Origin: an uncultured delta proteobacterium | GTDB lineage: Bacteria; Myxococcota; B64-G9 | Assembly (NCBI GenBank): GCA_963754925.1 | Contig: CAVWHX010000004.1 | Span: forward strand, 608,001-672,000 | Length of the DNA stretch: 64,000 nucleotides | Direction of reading: 5' to 3' | In this document: positions 62,147 through 64,000 of the stretch, one piece after another | Layout of the letters: every line of letters starts with the position of its first letter | Position numbering within the stretch: position 1 is the first letter of the stretch | The notes under the pieces: model-generated | The model's database searches: none | Told to the model about the DNA's origin: nothing | What the model saw: the letters and a program-made list of their open reading frames with translations, nothing else | Position numbers and translations under genes: made by a program

Positions 62147-63622
62147 ATGGGGAACTTGATTCTTTCCATTGATCAGGGCACTACCGGTACCACGGTCGCG
62201 CTCTTTGATTCACGCTGCACATTACTCGATAAGTACAAAGCCGAATTCAAGCAGATTTTTCCTCAGCCGGGTTGGGTCGAGCACGACCTCGAGGATATCT
62301 GGGCGTCGGTGCTGGAAGCCATTGCCGCGTGTTTGGAACGCAGCCATAAGCGTGCAGACGACATTCGAGCAATCGGCATTACCAATCAGCGCGAAACCAC
62401 CGCGCTCTGGGACCGAAAAACCGGACAACCACTCCACCACGCCATCGTCTGGCAATGCCGTCGTACGACACCTCTCTGCGAAGAGCTGAAAAGGGCTGGC
62501 CACGAGAAGCTTTTCCGCGAGCGCACCGGCCTGGTGCTCGATCCGTATTTCTCCGGCACTAAAATACGTTGGCTGCTCGATAACGTGAGCGGTCTCCGCT
62601 CGCGAGCGCAAGCGGGCGGGGTCTGCTTTGGCACGGTCGATAGTTTCCTCGTCAGCCGTCTCACGGGTCAGCGGGCGCACGTCACCGACGTTTCGAACGC
62701 CTCGCGCACCCTGCTCTTCAATCTTAACACCCTTGCCTGGGATGCGGACCTGTTAGCGATTCTCGACATCCCGGCTGCCGTGCTGCCAGAAGTTCGATCG
62801 TCATCCGAAGAGTACGGTACAACCCACGGGGTGCCGGGTCTGCCGGACGGCATCCCGATCTGCGGAATGGCCGGCGATCAGCAAGCCGCCCTCTTTGGCC
62901 AAACCTGTTTTGAGCCTGGTCAGACCAAATGCACGTACGGCACCGGCGCTTTCCTATTATTAAACACTGGCGCACAACCAGTCTTCAGCGAGCGCGGCTT
63001 GCTCACCAGTGTGGGCTGGAAACTTGGCAAGACGGTCACCTATGTTTTGGAGGGTAGTATTTTCATCGCCGGCGCAGCCGTCCAGTGGTTGCGCGACGGA
63101 TTACGCATCATTCGCACCTCGTCCGAGATCGCAGCGCTCGCCGCCTCGGTGCCCGGGAGCGACGGTGTTGTGTTTGTCCCAGCCCTGGTAGGATTGGGAG
63201 CCCCCTACTGGAACCCAAACGCGCGGGGCGTCATAACCGGGATCACCCGCGGAACAACCGCCGCTCATATCGCGCGGGCCACGTTGGAAGGTATCGCGTT
63301 CCAAGTTCGTGATGTCGTTGTCACCCTGCAAGAGGAAGCCGGCAGCCAGGTACCATTCTTGCGCGTGGATGGCGGAGCGACCGATAACGTGCTGCTTCAG
63401 TTCCAAGCCGACATCCTTGGCATCGACATTCACCGGCCGAAAGTCGTCGACACCACTGCCTTGGGGGCCGCGTTGTTAGCCGGCTTGGGAGCTGGCATCT
63501 GGCGCAATCTCGATGATATCCGCAAGCTATGGTCACTGGAACGCACCTTTACCCCCCAGCTTCCCGCTGATCAGGTGAAAGCGCATTTAGATCGTTGGCG
63601 AGCGGCGGTGGCGAAGGCGTAA
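62147..63622 (+). CDS. glpK: Glycerol kinase
   Basis: DQGTTG, TNQRET, WQCRR, GDQQAALFG, TYGTG. Confidence 0.96.
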   Translation: MGNLILSIDQGTTGTTVALFDSRCTLLDKYKAEFKQIFPQPGWVEHDLEDIWASVLEAIAACLERSHKRADDIRAIGITNQRETTALWDRKTGQPLHHAIVWQCRRTTPLCEELKRAGHEKLFRERTGLVLDPYFSGTKIRWLLDNVSGLRSRAQAGGVCFGTVDSFLVSRLTGQRAHVTDVSNASRTLLFNLNTLAWDADLLAILDIPAAVLPEVRSSSEEYGTTHGVPGLPDGIPICGMAGDQQAALFGQTCFEPGQTKCTYGTGAFLLLNTGAQPVFSERGLLTSVGWKLGKTVTYVLEGSIFIAGAAVQWLRDGLRIIRTSSEIAALAASVPGSDGVVFVPALVGLGAPYWNPNARGVITGITRGTTAAHIARATLEGIAFQVRDVVVTLQEEAGSQVPFLRVDGGATDNVLLQFQADILGIDIHRPKVVDTTALGAALLAGLGAGIWRNLDDIRKLWSLERTFTPQLPADQVKAHLDRWRAAVAKA

Positions 63623-63664
63623 ATTAGAAGCGAATTACAGACACAATATCGTTACTATACGACT

Positions 63665-63812
63665 GCTCAGTCATAGCCGATCGAGGACCCGAGGATGTCC
63701 GAGCCCCCTCGCCAGGATTCAGGGACTCCTCCTCAGCGAAACCTTAAAGTTCGCTGGAGCGGTGGTTGACTGACGGCGAGTTCCGAGGGTCCGAGAGCGG
63801 TTAAAACTGAGC
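63665..63812 (+). ncRNA. Candidate rod-like structured RNA, family unassigned
   Basis: Nested complementarity over 148 nt; TACTAT at 63653-63658 upstream. Confidence 0.5.
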
Positions 63813-63850
63813 CATTACCTTCATCGATGCGGGGTTGATGCGTTCGACTG

Positions 63851-64000
63851 TTAAGGTTTATCGGCTTTGGTTTTTTTATGCAGATGTTTTTTACGTTTGG
63901 CATAGTTCTCAATGTTTCGCTGGGGCACGCGCGTAATGGCCAGTGCCCGGGAAGGAACATCAGCAGTCACCGTGGTACCGGCTCCGATGTACGCACCTTT
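63851..64000 (-). CDS. glmU: Bifunctional GlmU, 3' end only
   Basis: Manual translation [38 protein letters not shown]...KP*. Confidence 0.85.
   Translation of the reverse strand, partial: KGAYIGAGTTVTADVPSRALAITRVPQRNIENYAKRKKHLHKKTKADKP

Noticed and set aside
63665..63812. SRP RNA or tRNA assignment for the long hairpin
   Set aside because: Lacks the SRP domain IV motif and a cloverleaf
63733..63960. 75-aa minus-strand ORF
   Set aside because: Wrong frame; the real coding frame is the glmU C-terminus

Overview
Bacterial chromosomal window. Gene content (Cys-rich repeat lipoproteins, a MYXO-CTERM-like tail, tandem PilZ, Hanks kinase, Gld-like ABC system, hyp genes, rubredoxin) suggests a deltaproteobacterial/Myxococcota-like, probably anaerobic-capable organism (inference). 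From left to right: a cluster of Cys-rich surface lipoproteins, one ending in an FGE/C-type-lectin domain, plus a pseudogene; glgA; a Ser/Thr kinase fused to a c-type cytochrome followed by a DUF3373-like outer-membrane protein; a PIP-synthase/MMPL/PgpA/PimA-like lipid cluster; hypABFCD; DUF58/BatA; an EGF-like lipoprotein split by an IS1182 element; fmt-def-trxC-rubredoxin-Rrf2; two fluoride riboswitches (before a dynamin-like GTPase and a cation:proton antiporter) with an IS481-related element between them that carries 15-bp direct repeats; aldolase/deoC; dxs-tlyA; redox genes; acetate-CoA ligase; Gld-type ABC transporter; response regulator; glpK; a candidate 148-nt rod-like ncRNA; and the 3' end of glmU. 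Six copies of a REP-like palindrome are dispersed in intergenic regions. Many conserved genes carry 1-bp frameshifts, mostly in homopolymers, most likely long-read assembly errors. Family calls are from motif recognition, not database searches.
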